Origin: Nitrospirota bacterium
Lineage (GTDB): Bacteria > Nitrospirota > Nitrospiria > Nitrospirales > Nitrospiraceae
Direction: 5' to 3'
DNA: 64,000 nucleotides
NCBI GenBank assembly: GCA_963701855.1
Contig: CAVPBK010000009.1
Coordinates: 448,001 to 512,000, forward strand
Position numbers and translations under genes: made by a program. Under the pieces are notes generated by a model that ran no database searches, had not been told where the DNA came from, and saw only the letters and a list, made by a program, of their open reading frames with translations. Shown here in pieces: positions 40,079 through 49,617 of this stretch. Positions within the stretch are counted from its first letter, which is position 1. Each line of letters begins with the position of its first letter.

Positions 40079-40345
40079 TTATTGGGCATGGCGAATTGAC
40101 AGCGTGTGGCTTTGAGCGTTCACCTTCGCCTCAATATGATCTCCGGTTTGGATGTTTCCTCTCACCTGGGTGGTTTCGTCGGCATGCAAACTCACTTGAT
40201 CACCGTCATATTGCCGGACGAAATAGGAATTGGGTTGAACGCGCAATACTTCGCCCTTGATGGTGTGGTTGCCATTCAGGTACAGACCAATGCCCAGCAC
40301 GCACCCACACGAGATGACTCCGACCACTTTGGGAACCGAGACCAT
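40079..40345 (-). CDS. Small exported OB-fold-like hypothetical protein
   Basis: TIKGEVLRV...GDHIEAKV; paralogue at 63683; GGAGG RBS. Confidence 0.7.
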   Translation of the reverse strand: MVSVPKVVGVISCGCVLGIGLYLNGNHTIKGEVLRVQPNSYFVRQYDGDQVSLHADETTQVRGNIQTGDHIEAKVNAQSHTLSIRHAQ

Positions 40346-40841
40346 GGCTGCCTCCTCGGTTAGAGTTACACGTATAGATGAAACAATGCGCTCCCGGAGT
40401 CCTGCGGGCTGACCAATTGTGACCAGATCGCGAAATATTCAGCCTGGTGCAGGAACCGGTCGTGCTTCCGGCGCTGACGCACGGCGAATCAATACCACTA
40501 TGCAATGCCACAAGATGAGAACGATGACTAGCGGAGCGACCGGTGCGTTAGAAGCCCCATATCGGCACCTCGACATGGGGAAGCGAAGATCACGGCGGAT
40601 CAGCCGAAGATCCACAGAAGGACCGCCGCAAACATGAGGCCGATCTGCGCCAGTGTAATGAAGAGGCCTCCTATCATGGCTGCACTATAATCTTGACGAC
40701 GACGCCAGAGGCTCATGATGGGCTCGATCAGAAGTAAAGACACCCCATGGATTTTTGGAGGTTATAACGCACGGACTCACCTGAAAACTGTTCACAATTG
40801 ACCACTTTCTATTTCGAGAAAATACACAGGAGGGCTGAGCG

Positions 40842-41909
40842 ATGGCACGACATGGCGTCGGACTCTATCTACGAGGACAGACCTGGTATCTCGATTGTCG
40901 GTTGAATGGAGCGCGGCATGTGATCCGGCTCGGCAAGCATATCGCCCGACATGCGGCGAAGGAGATCGCTCAAGTCAAACGTGGGGCCATTCTCAAAGGC
41001 GAGGCGGGCATCGGGCGCAAGCGGAAGGATCTGAGTTTTGACGAAGCGCGAAAGAAGTTCGAAGCCTGGGCCGACGCCAGCAAGAAGCCTGGCACCGCAC
41101 AGGCGTACAAGGAATGCCTGCGACGGTTGGCGGAATCGTTCAGCGGCAAGTCCCTGAGCGCCCTCTCCCCGTTTCTGGTCGAGAAGCACAAGCAAGCTCG
41201 GATTCAAGCGGGAGCCCGCGTGCGGGCGAACCGCGAGCTCGCTGTACTCAAGTCCCTGTTCAATCGCTGCCGAGAGTGGAAACTCTTTGAGGACGACAAC
41301 CCCGTTGAGAGCGTGAAGCTGCTCAAGGAGCCGCGTCAGCGTCTTCGCTTTCTCGAACCGGAGGAAGAGGATCGATTGCTTGCCGAATGCGCTGAGCCGT
41401 TGCGGTCCCTCATCCTGATCGGCACCAATTGCGGCCTTCGGCTCAAGAGCGAAGCGTTAACCCTCCGGTGGGATGATGTCGACGTGATGCACCGGACGCC
41501 GACCGTGGCCGCTGCCTATGCCAAGAGCGGGGCGAGTCGCACGGTGTCGCTCAACTCCGTGATGCTGGCGACACTGAGCCGACTGCCGAAGCGCAGCGAA
41601 TTTGTCTTTGCCAAGCCGAACGGAAAGCCGTATCATGCGATCCGAGGGTTTCGTGAGGCATGCCAACGGGCAGGGCTGACCGGCGTGACGCCACACAGTA
41701 CCCGGCATACCTTCGCGACGCGCTTGGTGGAAAACGGGGTCGATCTCAGGACGGTGCAGGAATTGGGTGGATGGGCCACGCTCTCGTTGATCCAGCGGTA
41801 TGCGCACGTCTCCCCTTCTCGAAAGGTGGAAGCCGTGGAAGGACTCGTGAGGAATTCCACAACGGGATTCACAACAGCGAAAAATTCACGAATCAGAGAA
41901 ATCGCCTAA
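40842..41909 (+). CDS. Tyrosine recombinase / phage-type integrase
   Basis: Catalytic GLR, K (AKSG), HSTRH and RYAH motifs; N-terminal arm-binding-like segment. Confidence 0.95.
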   Translation: MARHGVGLYLRGQTWYLDCRLNGARHVIRLGKHIARHAAKEIAQVKRGAILKGEAGIGRKRKDLSFDEARKKFEAWADASKKPGTAQAYKECLRRLAESFSGKSLSALSPFLVEKHKQARIQAGARVRANRELAVLKSLFNRCREWKLFEDDNPVESVKLLKEPRQRLRFLEPEEEDRLLAECAEPLRSLILIGTNCGLRLKSEALTLRWDDVDVMHRTPTVAAAYAKSGASRTVSLNSVMLATLSRLPKRSEFVFAKPNGKPYHAIRGFREACQRAGLTGVTPHSTRHTFATRLVENGVDLRTVQELGGWATLSLIQRYAHVSPSRKVEAVEGLVRNSTTGFTTAKNSRIREIA

Positions 41910-41930
41910 GCATTATGAAAGACTTGATGC

Positions 41931-42020
41931 GGAGGGGTGACGGAGCGGCCGAACGTGCCAGTCTTGAAAACTGGAGACCTCGCAAGGGGTCCGCGAGTTC
42001 AAATCTCGCCCCCTCCGCCA
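41931..42020 (+). tRNA. tRNA-Ser(UGA)
   Basis: 90 nt; acceptor GGAGGGG/CCCCTCC-GCCA; anticodon stem CCAGT/ACTGG with TGA at 41965-41967; long variable arm; TTCAAAT T-loop. Confidence 0.97.
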
Positions 42021-42362
42021 ACGACACGAATAAGTTCATTTCTTCAGTTTGCCTCCATCTCGAATTCAAGATACCTATACAATAGCAGAGTGCAAACGCA
42101 TAGGTTACTACCCTGCCAAGAACTTACCTCCCAGTCTTTCCGTTGTGCATCTGGAAAATCCATTTCTAAATACAAACCCTAGGTGTTCCCGGCATGTTCA
42201 TTTTTCAGCATAAACCGCCTAAAGCTGCCTCACTCCACTTGAATAGAACCGATTGGACAAACAAGCGCAAAGCCGCCCTATGAAAGGCATTAAACTCTTT
42301 TGGCAAGAGTTTGCGTGGAAGTACTGAACGGCTAAAAAGGCTGCTGCCCAACCCGGATCAGC

Positions 42363-42537
42363 TGTTGGTGCCACCGTGGTGCCGAACAACCATGACGCAC
42401 CATAGTCTATGGTGGTAATGAATCACTCCTCACCCTCGCTATTATCGGCTGATTTGTCGTCTTAGGGTCTGCTGAGGTGGGTTTCCGACAGGACTCTTCA
42501 TCAGCGGGCCGTAAGTTTGCCCCCTGTGCCTCCCATC
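42363..42537 (+). repeat. Decayed att-like module ending in a tRNA-Lys(CUU) 3'-half relic
   Basis: TGGTGCC repeats then gactcttcatcagcggg...cccatc; homologous to 63301-63476. Confidence 0.65.
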
Positions 42538-43026
42538 GTCATGTTGCAGTAGCCTCCGGCAGTGGCCGACCGGCTAGCACCTGCGAGGCGCACCGCTCGC
42601 GCCACTAAGACCGCCACTCCTGCTGCTTGGTCGCCTCCGGCACGCCGACGATAGCCTCTGCCTCATTGTTCTGGCGCGTTTCCTGTGCAATGACCGCGTC
42701 CGGTCGTTGCCCACGAAGGTTGCCAACCAATCAGTGGGAACTGCTTGGACCCATTGGAACTACAGCTGCGGGGCCGACCATCTCCGGGCAGGTAAGTAGA
42801 ACAACTCCCGGCTGGTCAATCTCGAACAGCGCCTTCCCAGCTGGCGTTGTGGTGTTGGTACCCTGCTGGTCGATGAAGAGATCGTCAGTTGTTTAGGACC
42901 TACCTGAGTATCGTGTGAGCGGGGCACAACTCTAACCCAAAACTATGGCGAAAGCACTTTGCGTCGTATAGTATTAAAGACGTGGGGACATCATGCTGCA
43001 TAAGTGAAAAGCAGGAGAAGAGCAGC

Positions 43027-44307
43027 ATGTCTCGTCTAGCTGCCGTTGTGCTTGCCGTTCATCTGCTGTGTCTTTGGACAAGTCCCGTCTCAGCCTATGT
43101 TTGGCGTTGCCACAGCCCCCATGGAGACTTCTGGACCACCGCACCGAAGGAGTCCGATGATTGCAGTGAGTATGACAGCATCTATAACCCCGATGCGGCG
43201 CCGCCGATGGCCCAGCAACGCACCGCAATGGAATTCACCACGTCGGAGCGAGGGACCAAAGACAAGGTGCTGTTCACGCAGCCAGAACTCGATCAGATGC
43301 TGGCACCAATTGCCTTGTATCCCGACTCGCTGCTGTCGCACATTTTGATGGCCTCGACCTATCCCCTGGAAATTGTCGAGGCCGCCCGCTGGGTGAAGGC
43401 GCACTCGACGCTTCAGGGCGACCAGGCAGTCAAAGCGACCGACCAAAACAACTGGGAGCCCAGCGTGAAGTCGCTCGTGGCATTCCCGAATGTGCTGGCG
43501 ATGATGGATGAGAAACTGGACTGGACGGAACGGCTCGGCGACGCATTCCTCTCGCAACAGCCGGAAGTCATGGACACCGTTCAGAACTTGCGTCAGCGCG
43601 CGTCAGCCAACGGCAGTCTCCAGTCAACCGACCAGGTTCGTATCGACCAGGAGGGGCAGAGCATTTCGATCACCTCGCCGGACCCGCAAGTGGTGTATGT
43701 TCCCTACTACGATCCCATGATCACCTATGCCCCCTGGTGGTGGTCGACCTATCCGCCGGTGTTCTGGCGACCGTGGCCCGGCTACTTTGTGGGTTCACGG
43801 CTGGGTCCCGGGTATGTGTGGGGTCCGGGCACCACGGTGGGCGCCGGTTTCTTCTTCGGCTCCTTCGACTGGCGGCATCGACAGGTCAATGTGGTGACCG
43901 TCAACAACTTTTATTATCACAATACTGCCACCAGAGCCTGGACACACGACCCTGTCCACCGCCGAGGCGTCACCTACCGGGAGGCCGCGTTGCGTCAGCA
44001 GTATGGGCGTGCGCACGCCTCGGCGCCGGTCCGGCAGGATTTCCGCGGGCACTATCCCTCCCCGGCTTTTCCCGGGAGTCGCGAGGCCTTCGGGAATCGT
44101 GGCAACGCCCGCAGCAGCGTTGCAGGGGGCCATCCGTCGCTGTCTGGTCCCTCTGGGTTTCGAGGCAGCGAACCGCGACCCCATGCCTTCGAAGGCATCG
44201 GCCATGGAGCATCCGCGCAGAAATTCGGAGCACGCGGCAATGCCAGTGTTCCCCGTGGCGGCGGCGGGGGATTCCATAGCGGCGGTGGAGGCCATCACGG
44301 CAGGTAA
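43027..44307 (+). CDS. DUF3300-domain protein
   Basis: ELDQMLAPIALYPDSLL...ASTYPLEIV, WEPSVKSL and VYVPYYDP; Gly/Arg-rich tail. Confidence 0.9.
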   Translation: MSRLAAVVLAVHLLCLWTSPVSAYVWRCHSPHGDFWTTAPKESDDCSEYDSIYNPDAAPPMAQQRTAMEFTTSERGTKDKVLFTQPELDQMLAPIALYPDSLLSHILMASTYPLEIVEAARWVKAHSTLQGDQAVKATDQNNWEPSVKSLVAFPNVLAMMDEKLDWTERLGDAFLSQQPEVMDTVQNLRQRASANGSLQSTDQVRIDQEGQSISITSPDPQVVYVPYYDPMITYAPWWWSTYPPVFWRPWPGYFVGSRLGPGYVWGPGTTVGAGFFFGSFDWRHRQVNVVTVNNFYYHNTATRAWTHDPVHRRGVTYREAALRQQYGRAHASAPVRQDFRGHYPSPAFPGSREAFGNRGNARSSVAGGHPSLSGPSGFRGSEPRPHAFEGIGHGASAQKFGARGNASVPRGGGGGFHSGGGGHHGR

Positions 44308-44308
44308 T

Positions 44309-45247
44309 ATGCGACTCTCTGTTCATTTCGGACGATTTCCGTTCTCGATTCTGACTGTTCTGTTGTTGGCGATGCCGTCCACGGCCTCGAGTGAATTCTT
44401 CGTGCAGACGACGTTTTCCTCCGCTGAGGAGGGGACGCAGGCTTTCGTGGAGGCCATCACGTTGAACGATCCGGATGTATTGCAAACGCTCTTAGGCGCC
44501 GATGGTCTGGAGTTGTTCGACTCGGGCGATCCCGCCGCAGATGCACAATGGCGCAAACGGTTTCTCAACGCCTATGCGGAGACCAACAAAGTCGTGCTCG
44601 AAGAGAACAACACGCGCGCGATCTTGATCGTCGGCCGCGACGCGTGGCCCATGCCGGTCCCGCTGATAAAATCGGACAAAGGATGGCGTTTCGATGCGCA
44701 GCATGCCGCGGAAGAGACCCTCAACCGACACGTTGGCCGCAATGAGCTTGCCGCAATCCAGGTGTGCCTAGCGATCGTCGAGGCCGAGCGTGAGTACGCG
44801 AGGCAAGATGCGGATGGCGACGGCGTTCCGGGATTCGCCTCGAAATTCGTCAGCTCGCCCGGCAAGCGGGACGGCCTGTATTGGGAGACCCGCGAAGACG
44901 AGCCCGTGAGCCCAATCGGACCCTTGCTCGCAGCCGCAGCAAACGAAGGGCTCGTCACCTCCGACTCGACCGCTTTGACGCCCTTTCATGGCTATTTATA
45001 TCGAATGCTCACTAAGCAAGGTAAGAATGCGCCGGGAGGTGCATACGACTATGGGGCTCACGGCAAACTACTGGGGGGGGTTGTCATCCTCGCCTATCCG
45101 GCCCGCTACGGCATGTCCGGTGTGGTGAGCTTCATGGTCAACCAAGACGGAGTGGTCTACCAAAAAGATCTCGGTCAAAATACGGCGGCGCGGGTGGCTG
45201 AGATGACCGAATTTGATCCCGACCCGAGTTGGATACGCTTTCAGTAA
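44309..45247 (+). CDS. DUF2950-family protein
   Basis: GRNELAAI, SSPGKRDGLYW, PFHGYLY, YPARYGMSGV and VYQKDLG; usual partner of DUF3300. Confidence 0.9.
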   Translation: MRLSVHFGRFPFSILTVLLLAMPSTASSEFFVQTTFSSAEEGTQAFVEAITLNDPDVLQTLLGADGLELFDSGDPAADAQWRKRFLNAYAETNKVVLEENNTRAILIVGRDAWPMPVPLIKSDKGWRFDAQHAAEETLNRHVGRNELAAIQVCLAIVEAEREYARQDADGDGVPGFASKFVSSPGKRDGLYWETREDEPVSPIGPLLAAAANEGLVTSDSTALTPFHGYLYRMLTKQGKNAPGGAYDYGAHGKLLGGVVILAYPARYGMSGVVSFMVNQDGVVYQKDLGQNTAARVAEMTEFDPDPSWIRFQ

Positions 45248-45792
45248 AGAAATAGAGCCCCACTCCACTTACTTCGTAGACAACCGAGGTCTTTTTTATT
45301 GGCTCTTCTCCTTCCCGAATGGGCGATTTCGGCCTGATTCCCTCTTCGGGTCGAGCATGCCGGTGAGAGCTGTCGCAGGTGCGCTCCATCACCGCTGTGA
45401 GCATGACTACGTCAAAAGGTTCCATAAGAATTTGCCTAGTTGCTCTGCCTCATGGCCCCACGGATGACCATCCCGGGGCCGATGCGTCGACGCGACGAAT
45501 CGGCTCAACTCATAAGTCTGCTGCAGATTGCCGTGTGGCAGTGCACGGTCGCCTGAGTTCGCTGTGGGCTGAGGAAGTCTAGTCCGACATTCCATGCTTG
45601 TCTAATCGTTCGTCCTGTTGTCCCAATGGGGATAGACTGTGAGTCCTCCAGTCTATCCAGTTATCAGCCCGCTCGCCGTCAATGGTTCAACAGATCAACA
45701 GGCTGGAGCGCCCCCAGAGGACGAAATCTACCCTTCAAATCGTAGGATGAGCCCTGTTCAATTTTCCCCTGGAAGAACCGCACGACACTTGC

Positions 45793-45952
45793 CATCTGCA
45801 CCTGCTACCAGGACAGGACAAACCAGCCCCATCTGCCCCCATGTCAGGAGCATCCTGGTTTGTGGTTTCTTGTGGGGTTAGGTGGTCTGAGGCTGGGCTA
45901 TCTGAAATTCGTAAACCGCAGGTCGTCCGTTCAATCCGGATCGCCGGCTCTA
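45793..45952 (+). repeat. att-like module ending in a tRNA-Thr 3'-half relic (45907-45952)
   Basis: gtaaaccgcaggtcgtccgttcaatccggatcgccggctc gives anticodon 3' strand, T-arm and acceptor; the upstream ~95 bp recur at 56390. Confidence 0.7.
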
Positions 45953-46065
45953 TCCCAACTGGGGCGAAATCGTTAACAGTTAAGGGGGAGAGTGAGGCCC
46001 GTCCTTCTCTTCTTCTCTACAAGGGCATTGCGCTAATAGAGGCGGCGCCGCCGCCCAGTATTTTG

Positions 46066-46518
46066 TTACCTGTGATCCCTGCCCACGCCACCTTGGTCTT
46101 GAGTCTTGCGGCATGATTCCTGGTTGCCCACCTCCTGCGCGTGCCCCCCGGTTGACTGACATGCCGACGGTCTGGGTTGCGCACCATTCTCGCCGATCGG
46201 ACGGTCTGAATGGGCGAGGCCTTGGCTCACATCATCCTCCAAGCTCGTGCTCACCACCTGCACCCCAAACTCGCGCCCTCTCACCCATTGCACCGTTGTC
46301 ATGTCAACGTGTATCGGGATGGGTTGGTTGGGTAACGTCACACGGAGCGCGAGGCTCATGCCGAGGTGAATCGGTCGAGGTTCAATGGTCGTGATGTGCC
46401 AGCCATCGACGGAGAAATTCTGAACTATCCCCGTTCCAAACACACCATCGCCTTCATAATCCACAAACCAGGTGATCGGAATGCGAATGCGACGGCGAGA
46501 GATGAATTTTCGGTCCAT
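46066..46518 (-). CDS. PilZ-domain protein (C-terminus probably decayed)
   Basis: RRRIRIP, NFSVDG and VQWVRGREFGV. Confidence 0.75.
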   Translation of the reverse strand: MDRKFISRRRIRIPITWFVDYEGDGVFGTGIVQNFSVDGWHITTIEPRPIHLGMSLALRVTLPNQPIPIHVDMTTVQWVRGREFGVQVVSTSLEDDVSQGLAHSDRPIGENGAQPRPSACQSTGGHAQEVGNQESCRKTQDQGGVGRDHR

Positions 46519-46769
46519 GGCTGAAGGTCTCCGTTAATCTACCGACCTGGCCCTATGATAGGGACGGGACGGTCCACAAAGACCCGCATCATCATACATC
46601 GGATAGTCACCGCTACACACTAGGGGAATCACTAGTTCCACGAGAAGTCGTTGCTGTGCAAGTGAGCGAGTGGTGGTGAAGCCGTCGGCTCTTGTGTTGT
46701 CCAAAGGGGCAGGAGGATACCAGAATGGGCTGCAGCATGCCAGACTCCCGGTGCCTTTTTTTCAGCTCT

Positions 46770-47918
46770 CTATGGAGGAGTCGGATTCGTGGGTGGAGTG
46801 GTCGCTAGGGTCGGGAAGGATGCCTTGCAGTCCAGAAGCACACGCACAAAGAGTTCGGCCAACGTGGGATCAAAGTGGGTACCGGCATAGAAACGTATCT
46901 GGTGGCAGGCCTCCTCCATCGAGAGAGGCCTCCGGCCAGGCAGGTCCACCGTCAGATAGTCGAACGTGTGGGCGAGGCACACGATTCGGACCAGTTGAGG
47001 AATTCCCTCTTCCTGAAGTCCATAGGGAGCGCCTAAGCCGTCCCACCGTTCATGGTGATAGGCGATGATCTGTCCCACCTCAGCGGGCAGTCCCAGTGGT
47101 AGGACGAGTGTCGCTCCTTGCTCCGGGTGGTGCCGATGACCGACAGACGCTCCGGTCACCGCCAGGTCTTCGTCAGCCACATGATAGGGCTCCGGTCCGA
47201 TTTTGCCGATGTCATGGAGGAACGCCCCCAGCGCCACCGACTGCCGTTCCGCGAGCGTCAAGTTGAGGCGGTTGGCCAAAAGCGTGGTGTAGAAGGTGAC
47301 CCGGCTGCAGTGGGTGAACAACTGGCGATCCTTCGCTTCAAGCAGATCGGAGAGTAGTGGGAGCAGGTCCGGTAGGTCGTCGGCATGGGAAGCATTCTCT
47401 GATGCAGATGCCCTGACTGCCTGGTAGCCCCTCCGTAAGTCCTCCCACGCCTGCGCACAGGCGGTGCCTGATTCCCAGAGGGCGGTCGCGGTCCCGATGA
47501 ACTGTCTGAGGAAATCAAGCCGCTGTTTCGTCGCGAGTGCCTGAGTGACGAGGGCGAGCAAGTCTGCGACATTGAACGGTTTGAGCAGAAAGCCGGCGGT
47601 GCCATGGCGCAGCGCTTCCATGTGAGACCGTACACTCCCATACCCGGTGATGATGATGACCTCCACGCCGGCGTGGTGCTGCGTGAGGTCGTGAAGGAAC
47701 TCGAGGCCCGGGCGATCTGGCAGTTTCAGGTCGAGGGTGATGAGATCGATCGGCTGGGTGTGCAGCACCTCAATCGCGGCACGGGCTGAGTCCGCCGTCT
47801 GGATCGTAAAAAATGGGCGGAGAATCACGTGCAGGGCATCCCGAGATCCTGCTTCGTCGTCGATCACGAGCAGGATCGGCTTCTGCTTCGCCCGCCCAGG
47901 AGTCGCAGGGAAGTGCAT
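46770..47918 (-). CDS. Response regulator with HD-GYP-type output domain
   Basis: REC domain (VIDDE, TLD, ITG, KPF) plus HDIGK and HHERWDGLGAP. Confidence 0.9.
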   Translation of the reverse strand: MHFPATPGRAKQKPILLVIDDEAGSRDALHVILRPFFTIQTADSARAAIEVLHTQPIDLITLDLKLPDRPGLEFLHDLTQHHAGVEVIIITGYGSVRSHMEALRHGTAGFLLKPFNVADLLALVTQALATKQRLDFLRQFIGTATALWESGTACAQAWEDLRRGYQAVRASASENASHADDLPDLLPLLSDLLEAKDRQLFTHCSRVTFYTTLLANRLNLTLAERQSVALGAFLHDIGKIGPEPYHVADEDLAVTGASVGHRHHPEQGATLVLPLGLPAEVGQIIAYHHERWDGLGAPYGLQEEGIPQLVRIVCLAHTFDYLTVDLPGRRPLSMEEACHQIRFYAGTHFDPTLAELFVRVLLDCKASFPTLATTPPTNPTPP

Positions 47919-48128
47919 AGGGGTGCTTCCTATCAGGAACGGCTGAACATTGTAAGGAGATAATGTCCTACATCGGAGTGACGGGATACGTAGGACGCTG
48001 TCCGCTCTTGCCCCGTTGACCGAGAGGGGGGATGAACTTATACTTTTCACGTTCCACTACCGTCGTGGTAGGCCGATTACTGGCCTCCTCCACTGGAATA
48101 AAGAGTCCCGTCTTTGCATCACGTCCCT

Positions 48129-49490
48129 TCAAGGTGCTTTGTTGCGCGGACCAAGCAGGTCTGGGTCATTTTCTGGTTCTTCTTCCACTAGCAATACGGT
48201 TTCCGTTAGCGATACGGCAGATGGGCGAACGGCCATGAGCTGGACAAGATCCTTCGAAAAGAGCAAATCAAGCGTCCAGTCCAGGGCCACGCGGACCTTC
48301 TTTTCAAATCGAGGCAGTTTCGTCAAATAAATCGTCCGCCACAGCCACCAGGCAATGAAGCCTGAAAAGTTCACCCCCAGAATATTGGCCACGCCGGTCC
48401 GTTTCCCGATGGGGGCCAAGAGCCCGAGCGTCGAGAATAGGAAGGGCTTCTTCTGCTCGCCTCGAATGGTGGCCAGGATATTCTGGGCCGCGAGCTTCCC
48501 TTCGCGCAGTGCATGCTGCGCGGTCGGGGGATGGGGTTTCCCGGTTTTGCGATTCGGCACAATCGCACTGTCGCCGAAGGCCCAGACGCCAGGCCACTCG
48601 GGAACTTCCAAGTACTCGTTGACGAGGACCCGGCCCCGCTCTTTCGGGCATGGCAGTGTGTCCAAAAGGGAGTTCGGGCAGGTCCCGGCGGTCCAGACCA
48701 GGGTATTGGTGATAACCGTCGTGCCATCGCTGAGCGTGACCTCGCGGTCCGTCACTTTGGTGACTTTACAGCTCGAATGGATTTCCACGTGTCGTTCCAC
48801 GAGCTTGCGCTGTGCGTAGGCGCCAAGCTTCTCCCCGAGCTCCGGCAAAATGATCTTCCCCGGATGGACCAGGATGACCCGAAGCATGTCCTCTCGGAGG
48901 TGCGGGTAAAACGCAATCGCCTCCCGAAGAAAGTCATTTATTCCCGCGATGGTTTCGACCCCGGCGAACCCGCCTCCGGCCACGACGAAATTCAGTAAGG
49001 GATCACGGAGGGGCGGGCAACATTCAAAGTCCGCCTCTTCCAGGTTCGCGATCATGCGGTTGCGCAGAATGATCGCGTCATGCAACGACTTCATCGTGAG
49101 CGCACGCTCTTCTAGGCCGGGGAGGTCGAAGAAGTTCGTGGTCGACCCGAGGGCCAGCACCAGGTGATCGTACGGCAACGAATGGCAATGTTCTTCGTGA
49201 CCATGCGAGAGGCCAACTCGTTTATGCACCAGATCGATGGTTTCGATATGACCGTGGAAGAAGGTCACGCGACGCAACAGCTTGCGAACCGGGCTCACAA
49301 TATTGGCGATATCGAGGTCACTCGCTGCCACTTCGTGCAGCATCGGGGTAAAGAGGAAAAAGTTGTCGCGGTTGACAAGGGTGACATCTAAGTCAGCTCC
49401 CCGTGCAAGCGCTTGCTCGAATTCCATGGCGGCATACATGCCACCGAACCCACCGCCCAGGATCAGAACTCGTGGCTTCACATTAGACAT
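48129..49490 (-). CDS. ndh: Type II NADH dehydrogenase-like flavoprotein
   Basis: GGGFGG, FLFTPML, GGGFAGVE, VWTAG, WAFGD and PPTAQHA. Confidence 0.9.
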   Translation of the reverse strand: MSNVKPRVLILGGGFGGMYAAMEFEQALARGADLDVTLVNRDNFFLFTPMLHEVAASDLDIANIVSPVRKLLRRVTFFHGHIETIDLVHKRVGLSHGHEEHCHSLPYDHLVLALGSTTNFFDLPGLEERALTMKSLHDAIILRNRMIANLEEADFECCPPLRDPLLNFVVAGGGFAGVETIAGINDFLREAIAFYPHLREDMLRVILVHPGKIILPELGEKLGAYAQRKLVERHVEIHSSCKVTKVTDREVTLSDGTTVITNTLVWTAGTCPNSLLDTLPCPKERGRVLVNEYLEVPEWPGVWAFGDSAIVPNRKTGKPHPPTAQHALREGKLAAQNILATIRGEQKKPFLFSTLGLLAPIGKRTGVANILGVNFSGFIAWWLWRTIYLTKLPRFEKKVRVALDWTLDLLFSKDLVQLMAVRPSAVSLTETVLLVEEEPENDPDLLGPRNKAP

Positions 49491-49617
49491 AACTGCTCTA
49501 ACGTGACGGGTAAGCGAACATTCTCAGAAGGCATACACGTTCGGCCTTCAGTGGACCATGAGATCACTCCGGTCAAAGGCAAAGCACCAGTCGCGTTAGG
49601 CGTCTCAGGTAGCCACA

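Larger units (their letters stand above)
34153..41969. mobile_element. Integrative element (~7.8 kb) at tRNA-Ser(UGA)
   Basis: Flanking 39-bp tRNA direct repeat; tyrosine integrase at the right end; cargo of small and decayed genes. Confidence 0.85.
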
